64,000 bases of DNA from Minutocellus sp. GHC0000111 (taxonomy: Eukaryota): the NCBI GenBank assembly GCA_977018835.1, contig OZ361257.1, positions 1,860,001-1,924,000 of the forward strand, read 5' to 3'. The notes under the pieces are model-generated. The model saw nothing but the letters and a program-made list of their open reading frames with translations, was not told where the DNA came from and did no database searches. Shown here one piece after another: positions 48,754 through 60,623 of this stretch; the stretch's first letter is position 1; every line of letters starts with the position of its first letter. The position numbers were made by a program, and so were the translations under genes.

Positions 48754-48799
48754 ACTACCAAACGCACAGAGAATCAATTTGATTTGTCAAGAGGAGAAA

Positions 48800-50908
48800 T
48801 CATACTACTGTGGAAGGATTATTGACTACCTTGAAACCGTTCTCGTCAAACGATGATTCCGTGGAGTTGCTAAACGAAACTGAGAGATACGGATGCTCAC
48901 CCGATAATTTTTCGTCCGATGCCATCTGTTCCGCGGCCGACGTCACGAGAGACTCAACACTGCTACCGCTACTGACTACCTTGGTTGCATGTACAACCGC
49001 AAGACTTTTCCTTGCCCTCTCGGCCCATCGAAGCATCTTTGGATTGGACATGAATTTGACATGTGGATAGAACGAAACGTCATCTGCGAGAACACTGGTT
49101 GTAGACGAAGATTCGGCTGCAGGTGTGCCCGAGCCTTCTGGCATTGCATCGCCGGTGGAATTATCGTTGGGATCCCAGCACGAAGAAATGAGACTGTCAA
49201 AGGATTCTACGGATCCATGGAATGATCCATCGTCATTCGGGAGGGTAGTAACAATCGCTCCAGGAGGATCGATGCCGACTGTTTGGGCCAGAGCATCGGG
49301 TGAAGTTGGTATTTTGGTATCTCCAGCCTCGGAGTTCTCTGTTTTCGAAGGATTTTGAGGGTGTTGGCCAGATGACCCTGGGATATCGGATATTGCGCCT
49401 ACCGGTTGCGTCTTCTGAGAGGATGAAGAGTTATTCGATTGCCACGAGCAGGTACTCCAGCCATCAAAGCTCGACCAAACGCTATCAAGGATGGAAAACG
49501 AAGTCGAACTGGGCTGAAGTGGTCCAACAACTTTGCACTGCCTTTTTGCAAAGACCGCGGAGGGTGGCTGAAGCGGATCCAGATCATCCAAGCTCTTGAC
49601 CTCAAACAAATGCCTCTGCAGTGTGATCAATGATTGGGACGGTGCATCGAGGCCATCACATTTTGTAGATCTTGGCACCGTCGTTGTTTTTGCCTTGTTC
49701 GATGCCTTGGGCGTAGTGTCGCTAAAGACATTTGTGATCTGATCGTTGAAAAGATATTCCGACGACAACTCCATTGACATGCATCCAGGTAGATAAGTCG
49801 GTCTGTTGTCCTTCTCGGTGTATTCGCTGGTGTACGATGAGGGCGTTGGTCTCAGATGGTTGCGATAAAATTCAATCTCTTCGATGCTATCAGTGGGATC
49901 GTTGGATGATTTGTGTTGCTCTACAATGTGGTTTCGTCGAATGTCGGCCCTGCGCAGTAGCAGAAAGGCAACGGCAAAGAAGCATGCGCCAAGGATTGCT
50001 CCTATGAGAAATATAGCTCGTTCTCCTGATCCGGCGGGCTGCGTGGAAGTGGCAGAGGTAATTTCGTTGATGATACCGGAGGTTGCCGTCGGCGCTGTAC
50101 TTGGGCTTGATCGAAGGGGTGGTGCCTGCATCGTACGTGTTTTCGTTGGCATTGGCGTTGATGTAGAGCTTTAACGAGCAGAGGATGGCACGCCATCACC
50201 CTCTTTCTCATCATCTCGTGGAATGATACGTGCCGCGAATCCTTGCCCCTCCGAGAAGACGGCCACGGCAGTTTGCAACTCAGATTCCAATAGCGAAGCA
50301 CCAGGACTGCCCGATTCCAATAGTGTGCTTATGACATCATCAAGGAACGTTCGGAGGAGGTTATTGTCATCGCTCTCTTCGATTCGTCTGCTGCCAAAGG
50401 ATGGAGATATGGCACTGATCAGGTCAAAGTAGGCTGTAGCTTGTAGTCGAATCAGACTGCATGGGCACTGCGGTGAAGCTTCTGAGCTTTCGTTCTCTTT
50501 CTCAATACTATCAAGCTCATGCGTGGGCAGCAGATCGACCTCAATGCTTTGGTACTGCCCAATGCGGACAGCATCGCCGTTTGATGGTAGGGATAGATAC
50601 GAACCGGCAAAGTGGTTGGTAAGGACCTCGTGGAGGGCAGCCTGCACAGTTTGTTGAGCTGATTTGATAGTGCTGGGTGTGAGCATTGGATTCGTTGTCC
50701 ACGGATGATATAGCTGCAACTGAAAGGGCGAGGAATTGACTTGCAGGGTACTTTCTTCTTCGTTTTGGGTGGCAGCATCATTGCTCGGATACGATCGTTC
50801 GTCGTTGGACCAGGCATGGCCGGGGGAGGCGAAGATCAAAAGGATTATCGATACCAGAACGGCGTTGTGAATCATCACGTGACGGGTGGAATTGGCATTG
50901 ATGTTCAC
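48800..50908 (-). CDS. Type-I membrane protein interrupted by one in-frame TAA (50171-50173)
   Basis: Signal-peptide ORF 50171-50908 and TM-containing ORF 48800-50152 are in the same frame, separated by TAA plus 6 sense codons. Confidence 0.65.
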
Positions 50909-51663
50909 AGAGATGGCCGGGGATGGCGGTATAAATTGATACTGTTGTTATTGGTCTACACTTATACAGATAGATGGCAGGTCTGGCAGGGATGATTGAG
51001 ACGACCGACCGACTGGTGACAACTCCTTCCTCCTCCCCTCCCCCATTCCTTTCTTCCTTGGTAGGCCTAGCTAGGATTGTGTGTGCAAACATGATAAAAT
51101 AGCCCACTAGCTACGTAGCTCTAGAAATCTAGAAGAGATAGCTCTAGCGAGTAGATCTACCGGTACTAAACCTGCTATTCAAGATTCACACTCACTTCGC
51201 TCTTCTTCCCCTTGCTTGCGCCCGCTGTTTTGCTCGGCTGCAAACCTCGCCGCATATCGGCGACGTTTCTTCCCGGCACCCTCACACACCGGCCCCCAGC
51301 CCAGCGGCGACCGGCCACTTGCTCGTTCTGCTCCTTCTGCTCTGCACTTGCGGCGGAGGTCGTATCTATCCGACCCCTGCCCGACCTCCGCTTTCTCTTG
51401 TTGATTGAGAAAGCGCGCATCATAAGATACCACCGGAGAAGGAATTGCTTGACTTTGCTGTGCCGTATCCTCTTTTTTGAAGAAAAAGCAGCACATGCAG
51501 TGCCGGAAACCAAACCTGCCTCTCGGCGAGGTTCCGAGCTGGAAGAGCCGTCCATCCCAACAGCCCCAGGGAACCGGACGAACCCAACCAACCAGGGGCA
51601 CTACCCAACGCCATCCCTCCCATCCATAAACCGGCACATACTAGTACCAAATTGATATAAACC

Positions 51664-54600
51664 ATGGGCGCTGGATCCGGCTCCGGCAGCCACGGCGGTG
51701 GAGATCTGATGACCGAGCAGATGCACACGTTATTGGAAATGCTCCGGGCCGCCCAGGCCGACGACATGGCGGCACTCGAGGAGGCCGAGGGTCGGGCCCT
51801 GCAGAACAAGGAGCGCATGCGGCGGGTGGAACGGGAGCGAAAACACAATGGTGACGCCCATCATCGACGGGGTGGCAGTGGCAGTGGCAATGGCCATGGC
51901 CGACCGGCGGTGCAGGGGGCCGACGAGAGCGTGCAGATTGCCCGGGCGGAGAAGGAGGCCGCCCGACGGCAGCAGCGGTTCGAGGCGCGGCAGCGCGAGT
52001 ACGAGGCGCAGCAGCAGGCGCAACAATATGACGAGCAACAGCAGCAATATGACGAAGAAAAATATGGGGAAGACGAAGGGGGGCAGCCAAGCAACGAGGT
52101 ACATCCCGAAGAGTGGGAGGAGGATTCCCGCGACATGACCAGAACGGGGGATTCCACCGACTTGACGAGGGCGACGTACGAGATGGCCCGGACGGTCGAC
52201 CTCGAGGAGGCCCAGGCACAAGCGGCCGCTCAAGGTGCGGATGCCAACCTCTCTGGAAAATCCAACGAGTCCGATCGCTCCGGAAGGCATCGCCGGCTGG
52301 CCGAGGACATGGCCGCCCTCCGCCTCGACGCCGGACACGGACAATATGCAGAAGAGGGAGAGGCGCCGCTCAAACCGCCGGCTCCGTCCCGATACATGTA
52401 CGGTCAGGGCGGGGGGGAATCTCGCCGCCGATCCGACGGGGGCCGATCCGCCGACGATGTCGAGAGGCGCGCCCAGCAGCGAGAGCAGCGGCAGCGCAAC
52501 ACCCGCAGAAGCTATGACGACCAGCCCCTCGAGCCGCACCGACCCTCGGAGCGGGTGCCGGAAACTTCCACCCACGGAGAAGGAGAAGGGGGGAGCAAGA
52601 CCACCGCTTCCGATGATTGGGGCGAGAGGCAGGCCGAGGCGTACATCCATCAGGACGATGGGGATTTGGAACCATACGAAAACGAAGATGAATTGTCGCA
52701 CCACACCCGCGAAGAAATGGGACCGCCGATATCGTTGGAGGACGAGGAGCAGGCCTACCGCTACCAGCAGCAGGCTCAGTTGGCGGCAAGGGACGCCCGG
52801 CGGGACGAGCGGCGGGAGCAGTCGTCGTCCAACGTCGATGCCGACATTCAGAGCCGGGTTCTGCGGCAGCTGGAGAACGACGAGGGAGAGTATTACGATG
52901 AGGAAGACGGGGAGCACTACGACGACGACGACGAGGACGACTATTACGACTCGGACGAATCCTCCGAGATTAGCGACATTACCAGCCCCACCTTCGCCAC
53001 GTACATGGATCCGCCGACCGTGTGCGACGATGGCAGCATCATCTCCCGCGGAGTTAGATACGCCGCCGGCAGTCGCTTCGCCAACATGACGGCCGCGCAG
53101 GTGGCCGCCCTGGCCAATCGGCGGGTCAACGATCGCCATCGGGCCGACGGGCGGAGCGTCACGTCGGAGGACGAGAATGCCCAGGAACTTTTGAGGCGGT
53201 TGGACACGTCCGGTGGTGGTAGTGGTGCTGCAGGTGGTGGGGAAGGTGTGGGCGCTGCCCTGGGCCCAGGCGCAAGCGAGGCCGAGAAGCGCCGGCTGGC
53301 CCGGGAGGAGGAGCCGGAACCGTCGCTGGCCCCGCCGTCCATGGCGGGCTTGGGCAACGGCAGCGGCAACATCCAGCCGCCGTCGTCGCGGGAGATCAAG
53401 CGGCAGCAGCAAGAGCTGGCGGCGGCCCAGCAGGCCGCGGCGGCTGCCGAACGGGAGGCCCAGCAGGAGCAGGCGCGGTTGCTGGAGCAGCAGCAGCAGC
53501 AGCAGCAGAAGGCCCAGGTCGAGGCGGCCATCGCCGCGGCGGAACGGCGGCGGGAGGAAGACGAGCGGATCGAGGCCGAGAGGCGCCGCAAGGCCCAGGA
53601 GGAGGAGGAGGAGGCCCTCCGCAAGGCCGACCAGGAGGCCCGGGACAAGGCCCGGGCGCGGCAGAAGGAGCGACGGGAGCGGCAGCGGAGGGAGATTGCC
53701 GAACGGCAGGAGAAGCAGCGCCGTGCCGAGGAGGAGAGGATGCAGCAGCAGATGCAGCAGGCCATCGACGAGCAAGATATGCAGCAGCAACAGGCTACCG
53801 AGGAGGAGGATAAGGACGATGTCGCTCCTCCCGTCGTCACTCAGCGGTCGACCTCGCCCACTCCTCCAGGGCGTAAGGAGCGACCGGCCGTCAAGTCGGC
53901 ACGGCCGGCAAGACCACCACCGAGTCAAGATCCCACGAGACGTCCTGGTCAACGCCCGGCTCCACCACCAGCTGGGACGAAGGGTAGTCAGCTTCCTTCT
54001 CGAAGACCGCCACCAAGGCGAGCCGGCCAACCTGGCCCGCCTGGTGCACGGCCAGGTCCTCCAGGACCGGGACAGCCAAGTCAGCGCCCCGACAGGGCTC
54101 GCCGTCAGACATCTGTCCCTCGCGATGGTCAACAGCCGCGAGCAGCAACTCGAAAGCCCGGCGAAGCCCGGCCCGGCGGTGCTGCCCCCGGCGATAAGAA
54201 CAGCCGCCCAATGTCGTCAGACAAGCCCGAGAAGAACAAGCGGCGCTCGGCTCTCGGTACCCTCCTCAAGGCCAAGACCAAGTTCAAGGCCGCCGCAGCC
54301 AATGCTCAGGCGACTGGTGGTGAGACATCTCCCCATGCATCTCATTCGTCTCGGACCGCAAGAGCCTCGGGAGGTGCCGGGACACGTCAGAGGGCAAGCC
54401 AACGCGACCCTACTCGCAAAAGCCTTCTCTCGTCATCGGCCGCGCCCTCCTCGCCAGGTCGTAGACCAGCCGGTAGATCAACCCAGAGAGATCGAGCCAG
54501 GCCGACGAGAGGCATGGCCCGAGCTGAGTCGGCAGCATGGAAACAGCCTCTCCGAGAGGAACATATGGAAAAGAAGCTCAATCCAAATGACGATTCGAAC

Positions 54601-55563
54601 AATCTCGACGTCGACAACCTGATGTCAACGATGGGCCAAGATATCGACTACATCTTCCGGGAACTCAGTACCTTTGAACAGGGCCAACAGAAGAAGGCAG
54701 TAGGAGGAACCGATCTGCCGGCGAATCCATCACCGAGAATCGGTGGAAGCGACTCCTCCGATAGCGACGAACAAAGTCTCATTGCTACTGCAAAAATCAA
54801 ATACACTCTCGGCCAGCTTTCCAGTACGTTGAAACAAGACGAGAAAAGACCGCGCGCATCGAGCAACGCCGACCCCCTCTTGATCGACGAAGACGGTTTC
54901 TTGGTTCAGGGAGGAAATCAACCTTCTTCCGATGATGCCTTTGGAGCATCTAGCTTTGCTGGTCAACCCAACGAAGACAAGAATCGAAGGTCAAAACGAT
55001 CCGAATTGCTCGCCGCCAAGCGTAAGGAGCTTCAAGGATACCAAAATCAACAAAAGCTTCGACAGAACAGTCTGCGAAGAATGAGGGGCGGCGTTAATGC
55101 TGACGATGAGCGAGACAACCAAACGCTTGCTACCACCGAAGTAGAAGCCGATGTGCGCAATCGGGTGATGGCCCTAGCAGCGGGCAAGACCGGTAAGAAT
55201 GACGACGAAAGCTCGGTGGGCCTGATACCGAGCGGTGTGCCTGACCTCGACAAGGGGGAGCGCAACTTTAGTACCATCAATTATGACGATGACGACGATC
55301 TCTCCAAGATTGACGCCGTTGAAGCAGCGACCAAGAAGAGGATTGAGATGCTACGTCGTGTGGTGGCAGAAAAGGCTGTGCAACTCTCGGCTGCCGATAA
55401 CAAGGGCGGACGAGGTGGTGCTCATCACCCTGAAGACGATGAGTTGACGCACAAGCTTGATTTTGTCGAGGAAGAGACAATGAAGCAAATTTCAAGGCTT
55501 CGGAAGAGGTACAAGAGCACGAGGAATATGTTGTACAAAAATTTCGTTGCCCTTTTGTTTTAA
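51664..55563 (+). CDS. Large low-complexity coiled-coil / Pro-rich protein (1299 aa)
   Basis: Uninterrupted ORF with E/R/Q-rich helical segments, an ISDITSPT motif and a Pro-rich region. Confidence 0.8.
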   Translation: MGAGSGSGSHGGGDLMTEQMHTLLEMLRAAQADDMAALEEAEGRALQNKERMRRVERERKHNGDAHHRRGGSGSGNGHGRPAVQGADESVQIARAEKEAARRQQRFEARQREYEAQQQAQQYDEQQQQYDEEKYGEDEGGQPSNEVHPEEWEEDSRDMTRTGDSTDLTRATYEMARTVDLEEAQAQAAAQGADANLSGKSNESDRSGRHRRLAEDMAALRLDAGHGQYAEEGEAPLKPPAPSRYMYGQGGGESRRRSDGGRSADDVERRAQQREQRQRNTRRSYDDQPLEPHRPSERVPETSTHGEGEGGSKTTASDDWGERQAEAYIHQDDGDLEPYENEDELSHHTREEMGPPISLEDEEQAYRYQQQAQLAARDARRDERREQSSSNVDADIQSRVLRQLENDEGEYYDEEDGEHYDDDDEDDYYDSDESSEISDITSPTFATYMDPPTVCDDGSIISRGVRYAAGSRFANMTAAQVAALANRRVNDRHRADGRSVTSEDENAQELLRRLDTSGGGSGAAGGGEGVGAALGPGASEAEKRRLAREEEPEPSLAPPSMAGLGNGSGNIQPPSSREIKRQQQELAAAQQAAAAAEREAQQEQARLLEQQQQQQQKAQVEAAIAAAERRREEDERIEAERRRKAQEEEEEALRKADQEARDKARARQKERRERQRREIAERQEKQRRAEEERMQQQMQQAIDEQDMQQQQATEEEDKDDVAPPVVTQRSTSPTPPGRKERPAVKSARPARPPPSQDPTRRPGQRPAPPPAGTKGSQLPSRRPPPRRAGQPGPPGARPGPPGPGQPSQRPDRARRQTSVPRDGQQPRAATRKPGEARPGGAAPGDKNSRPMSSDKPEKNKRRSALGTLLKAKTKFKAAAANAQATGGETSPHASHSSRTARASGGAGTRQRASQRDPTRKSLLSSSAAPSSPGRRPAGRSTQRDRARPTRGMARAESAAWKQPLREEHMEKKLNPNDDSNNLDVDNLMSTMGQDIDYIFRELSTFEQGQQKKAVGGTDLPANPSPRIGGSDSSDSDEQSLIATAKIKYTLGQLSSTLKQDEKRPRASSNADPLLIDEDGFLVQGGNQPSSDDAFGASSFAGQPNEDKNRRSKRSELLAAKRKELQGYQNQQKLRQNSLRRMRGGVNADDERDNQTLATTEVEADVRNRVMALAAGKTGKNDDESSVGLIPSGVPDLDKGERNFSTINYDDDDDLSKIDAVEAATKKRIEMLRRVVAEKAVQLSAADNKGGRGGAHHPEDDELTHKLDFVEEETMKQISRLRKRYKSTRNMLYKNFVALLF

Positions 55564-55644
55564 ATTTAATTATAGATGAGGAGTAATGTGTACGTGCAAA
55601 GCCCGGGATAACTTCCCCGTGGTACATGAATACGAATGTAAATT

Positions 55645-57303
55645 CTATAGCTCCCCGGCTAGTCTACTTGATACTTGCCGAGATAGGAAATTGATTTTGG
55701 ATTCTCTCACAGCCACGCCACTTTCCACCTTTTGTCGATAGCTGTCTTCTGCCCGAAGCTCTGGCCACGGCTGATGTAGAGTCCCAAATCTTGTAGAAGT
55801 GCATGCATCATCTGCCGGTGGCATCGGCGTTGGTGATTCCAGCTTTTCGTTGTCGATTGCGGCTGCGCGATTCGATGGTATTGAGTGGTTGGACGATGAT
55901 TCCAATGGCGAAGATCCGTCCCTTGCAGGCATATTCATGTGTTGAGATGAAATGGACGATGATGCCTTCACATTTATTTCTTGGGGTATTTCAAGAGGCA
56001 CGGACGGCGACTTGCCTCTTTTTACTTTGTTCTGCCGACGGACTGTAGACATCGTATGGGCGGCCTCACTACAGCTGGCTTTGCTCTTGCTGGCAACCGT
56101 TCCATTCTCGTTGGGAGTCTCTACGATGATTTCCAGTCCGACCATGCCCATGCTCGCTCGTTTGGTAGGGCGGTGTCCTTTACCAGATGGTACCTGACAT
56201 GAACCTTGAGCGTCCATGCTGGTAATCTCGACAGAATGCTCGGAGTTTACACATGAAGAGTTGCACATGCTCGGTCGCCTGGCCATGTTATCAGAACATT
56301 TGGCTTCATGCGAGTCTTGGTATGTGGCCAGGATTGCCTCTGGGGTTCCAACAGCTCTAGTAGAGGCCGCGGGTGTGTCCAGGCTTAATTGAGGAAAGGA
56401 AGAGCCAAGGGACTCGCTGATTCCATCCGTAGTGGATTCGGTGCACTCGCTTGCCAGGTTGGCAGATATTTGCATGACGAACGAGAACTGCTTGACAAAA
56501 CTCGTGATGCTTCCCGAACGTTGCATGATAGCATCGTTGCAGCAATTATTCTGTTCGCACTTTTCATGTTGTAATGGCATCTCAAAGGATGAGAACGACG
56601 ATTCGTTTGCCGATTCGTTCTTCTTCTTGTCCTTTCGGAACGATGCTGCTATGTCGTCCAAGACAGCTTGATTCAGCTCGCTTTCCCATTCGATATTTTG
56701 GCCCAGGTGACCGGACATGGCCTCGAAGGCGGCGCTACTGTGGTGATTTGTGGCTTCTGTTGCCATGTCTGCAGAGACTGGGACTGGGTGTGCATGCTGG
56801 TACCGCATATTTGCGTTGCTCCTGGTGGTCGTCTTGCTACTCTCGGCTACAATCTCTTGAAGGGCGGCAAGGTTCGTCGTGGCTACTCTTCTTCGCCCGC
56901 TCTTTCTCCGAGTGCTCTGCTCTTGATAGTACTCTGCGAGATGTGACGGCAATGGAATTTCATTCACGTGTTCGCCAACGATATCTTCGGCGTCTATTTC
57001 GTCGTTCAGAGCGAGATCGCCCAACGCTTCGAGTAGCGACTGCTTCACCTGAGACTGTCGAGTTGCGAAGCTGCTGGACTTTCCACTTGTTTTCATATTC
57101 TGATGCGACGACAAATTTTCCAGACCGCATGTTCTGGGCGCAATGTTGAACGCATCTGGCGGTGCCGATCGGCGAAGTGCGTTGCTCTCTCGGTCTCGCT
57201 GACGATTGGAGAAACTCGACCTCGTCTTTCTGCTCAGATTCGACAGACCGCCGACGCTTTCGACGATGTCCATCCACTCCTCCATAACTCGTGAAGCTTC
57301 CAT
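55645..57303 (-). CDS. Hypothetical Ser-rich protein
   Basis: 552-aa ATG-initiated ORF convergent with the upstream gene. Confidence 0.65.
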   Translation of the reverse strand: MEASRVMEEWMDIVESVGGLSNLSRKTRSSFSNRQRDRESNALRRSAPPDAFNIAPRTCGLENLSSHQNMKTSGKSSSFATRQSQVKQSLLEALGDLALNDEIDAEDIVGEHVNEIPLPSHLAEYYQEQSTRRKSGRRRVATTNLAALQEIVAESSKTTTRSNANMRYQHAHPVPVSADMATEATNHHSSAAFEAMSGHLGQNIEWESELNQAVLDDIAASFRKDKKKNESANESSFSSFEMPLQHEKCEQNNCCNDAIMQRSGSITSFVKQFSFVMQISANLASECTESTTDGISESLGSSFPQLSLDTPAASTRAVGTPEAILATYQDSHEAKCSDNMARRPSMCNSSCVNSEHSVEITSMDAQGSCQVPSGKGHRPTKRASMGMVGLEIIVETPNENGTVASKSKASCSEAAHTMSTVRRQNKVKRGKSPSVPLEIPQEINVKASSSISSQHMNMPARDGSSPLESSSNHSIPSNRAAAIDNEKLESPTPMPPADDACTSTRFGTLHQPWPELRAEDSYRQKVESGVAVRESKINFLSRQVSSRLAGEL

Positions 57304-57947
57304 GGCATGGATTGGAGGGCCTTGTTTGTAGTGATATATACGAAGAATATTTTATATCTCTCCAATCCCGAGTCGTCCGACGTTGATTTGATGGGAGGAT
57401 TTGTGTTATGAGATCAAACGACGTCAATCGAGTTCTACTTGCTTACTTTCTCCTGCAATTCGACTTTGCTTCAGCGCTTCAGCAGGATGGCTCTGGATGG
57501 AATGAACTGTTGTCTCAATGTATGTACAGTCAAGCAAAAGCATAACACAATATCAAAGTTACTTCATGTGATACATGTAGGCCGGCCATGAGCCTCTGAA
57601 AGTGGTGAGGGCGAGAGTCAGAGGGATGTTCCCATTCACAGTTTGGAGATTCTCACAGTCACGGATATCTCGCGGGAAAGTGCGGGGCTTGCAATAGCCT
57701 CTTCTCAAGATTGTCCGAAATTGGAGACGGAGAAAGTCCGAGAGATGGCGTCTGACACAAATTTCCGCGAGATGATGCAGAGCCGATTCGATTCGATTCC
57801 GGTTCGAAGCAGCAAGCCAGTCGACTGCTACATGTACCTTATTTCTAATCCACGCATGTAGTTATACGGAAAGTGCTGCATCTAATAGTCTAATGTCTAA
57901 CACACATTATTGTCGAACTTCGGCACATCATCGCCGGTCAACTGTAT

Positions 57948-58685
57948 TCACCCCAGCCCCGGCGGCACACCCTCGGCCGGCAAATTCCTTCCTCCATTCA
58001 GTCTCCTGATGTGCCCCCCAAGCTCACAGGGAGTTTCCACACCAACATGCCACCATGGCTTGGGCGGTATCACCACAACGCCCATCACATCCTCAAAGAC
58101 CGCCTCGACAAATGACGCGCAGTTGTTCCACGGAGTCCAACCCGTGAACCTTTGCGATTCCATCTCGATGGATTTGGCCAGTCTGATGTTTTGTGCCTCA
58201 TCCAATTGCCGACAATGAATGTAGGGATATTTGTCGACGGACCATGCATCTCTTGCAAAGTTGTGTCTCACGTCGGATCCTCCCAATACATTGCTCAACC
58301 CGGCGTCAATGATGTCGTCATTGAGATCGGGCCAGAGTCCCCACGTGTCGATTGTTGGTTCGGCGTTACCGGTAGTTTGAGTTGGTGGTATTGTTACCCG
58401 CATCAAAGCGGCATGGCCCTGATCCCGCCAAAGCTGCTCGCACTTGTCCCCCTTGGCGAATTCGCTGTAGATGCACAGATGATGCTGCTGGTTGCTGTTG
58501 GCAGTTTGCATCTGCCGCTGGTTTTGCTGCTGGAACGACGAAGAAGCCGACGATGACGCAAGCGGCTCGGTGCCGTCTTCGCCTACTTTGTTTGCTTGTT
58601 CGTTGCGAGAATGGACATGCTTTTTTGCATCGGCGGAGGAAAGCACTGAGGCACCACAGATCAGAACGGATAATTTGCGCTTCAT
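57948..58685 (-). CDS. Secreted protein with permuted papain-like (NlpC/P60-permuted, PPPDE-like) motifs
   Basis: Signal peptide MKRKLSVLICGASVLSSADA; GHAAL, TWGLWP, NNCASFV and ETP in His-before-Cys order. Confidence 0.6.
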   Translation of the reverse strand: MKRKLSVLICGASVLSSADAKKHVHSRNEQANKVGEDGTEPLASSSASSSFQQQNQRQMQTANSNQQHHLCIYSEFAKGDKCEQLWRDQGHAALMRVTIPPTQTTGNAEPTIDTWGLWPDLNDDIIDAGLSNVLGGSDVRHNFARDAWSVDKYPYIHCRQLDEAQNIRLAKSIEMESQRFTGWTPWNNCASFVEAVFEDVMGVVVIPPKPWWHVGVETPCELGGHIRRLNGGRNLPAEGVPPGLG

Positions 58686-59052
58686 GTTGTTGTCCCGCCG
58701 TCGATTTATCGGTCTGGCTGCTAGCGTACGCCTACTCTGCGGCCGGTGCGCCATGCTGGTCACAACCTTGTGACGAGCGAACATTTTTGAATGAATAACC
58801 CTCCAATTCTTCTGTTCTCGGGGATTCCCCTGAAATGATTTTGAGATGCGACCAAAACAAATCCTTTGCAGACACCGGCGCCTGCTTCGTCAGCCGTCGA
58901 AAGTTCAACTTGCCGCGGCGGCATGCGACGGCGACGTCGTAGCAACGAAGCCCATCGATCGATCCTCCAAGCAAGCATTGAATACCAGAGCGGAAGATAC
59001 ACACCACTTCTCTCTTTCATTCACTTATATAAATCAATTTACAACTATAAAA

Positions 59053-60560
59053 ATGGCCAAGTTCAGCGTCCCCGCACTCGCTCTGGCTCTTGCCGTCTCC
59101 GCCTCTTCGACGAATGCCTTCGTCGCCCCTTCGGTTCCTTCGGTAGCCCAGCATGCTGCTGCTGCCAGCACCGCCCTCGCCTCGTCGGCGGTCCTGGAGG
59201 CCCCGCCCCTCTCCCCCGAAACCGCCTGGGGTCAGCCCATCGGCAACATCCGCGACGTCCAGTCCGCCTACCGCTCCACTCCCGCACCGGAATTCGCCCC
59301 GACCATTTCCGCCAAGGACCTCGGCCTCGACCCCACCGACACCGAAGCCCAGCTCCAATACTTCCAGGACAATGCCGCCGACATCAAGAACAAGATGGAG
59401 GAATGCGGCGCCGTCATCTTTCGGGATTTCGACCTGATGAAGAGCCAGGAGGGATTTCAGGCCATGTACGGCGCGCTTGGCATGAAGGTCTGTTTGGATC
59501 CGTTGCACAGCGTCAGTGCCCGACCCACCGTCGATGGGCAGAAGAACAGCCCCGTCTACGAGGCCGTGAACAAGGAGAGCCGTAAGAACTTCTTCATTGG
59601 TAAGTCTTTGGTGGTGTAGAACTCGATGATGCAGGTGTCGGCGCTTTGGGGTTTGCATGACGTATCTTTTCTACGGCAAAATCAAGCACAGCATGTGCTG
59701 CAAATGCAAATTATGTGCTTCTTTTGCAAATTTCTTAAAATTTCTTTCTCATACCCATATCACATCACATTCCAACGCATTACCACCATATGCCAGGCAT
59801 GCACAATGAGTTCGTCGGCACTCGTGCTCCCCGCGCGGCCGCCTTTGTCTGCTTCAAGGCCGCCGAGGAGGGCGGCGAGTTCCTCATCGCCGACGGTCGG
59901 GCCATGTTCCGCGATTTGAATCCCGACCTCGTCGAGAAGCTGTACGATCGATCCATCCGCTATTCCGTCATGGAGCTGCCCTTCTTCGGGTGGATCGACG
60001 GTCTTCCCGAGCCCGTCCAGGGACCCGTCATGGGTGCCATCAAGGGACTGGCCAGTGCCGCCATCAATGCCAAGGTGGACTTCTCCGTCGACCTTCGATG
60101 GGGTGAGGGTGGATACGACAATATCAAGATGCTCCAGGCACGGGCACCGTCCCAGCCCCCCATCGTCCGCCATCCTGTCACCGGTGAGCCCACCTGGTTC
60201 TGCAACGTCCACTCCCACTCCTCGAAGCTGCGCAAGGATCGGGAGGGCAAGTACGGTGCCGAGCGATTCGAGGACGGGGCCTCGCAGATCAACAAGTCGG
60301 ACATGTTCTTTGGCGACGACGGGGATATTTCCGATGCCGATTTGGAGCACATGGACGAGGTGACCATGAAGAATGTCAAGTTTGTCAAAATGACCGAGGG
60401 CGACGTGGTGTTGCTGGACAACTACAAGTGCATGCACGGCCGGAATGTGTTCGATGGCACCCGAAAGCACGGCGTGGCATGGTTCGAGGGATGGGAAGGC
60501 GAGGACTCGCAGCGAGCGACCGCCAAGCCCCTCGAGGAGCAGATCGGACAGGTGGCATGA
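59053..60560 (+). CDS. TauD/TfdA-family 2-oxoglutarate/Fe(II) dioxygenase, plastid-targeted; intron 59600-59796
   Basis: TNA-FVAP presequence; GAVIFRDF, MHNE (HxE), VRHPVTGE and GDVVLLDN..MHGR. Confidence 0.9.
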
Positions 60561-60623
60561 ATCGAGATGAATTCTTCATAAATGCATTTTCTATTAGACG
60601 TGTTACAAAGAAATAGACGAGTA

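Noticed and set aside
51730..54132. 800-aa antisense ORF (also 29553-30614 and 53213-54622)
   Set aside because: Shadow ORFs of GC-rich, low-complexity sense genes.
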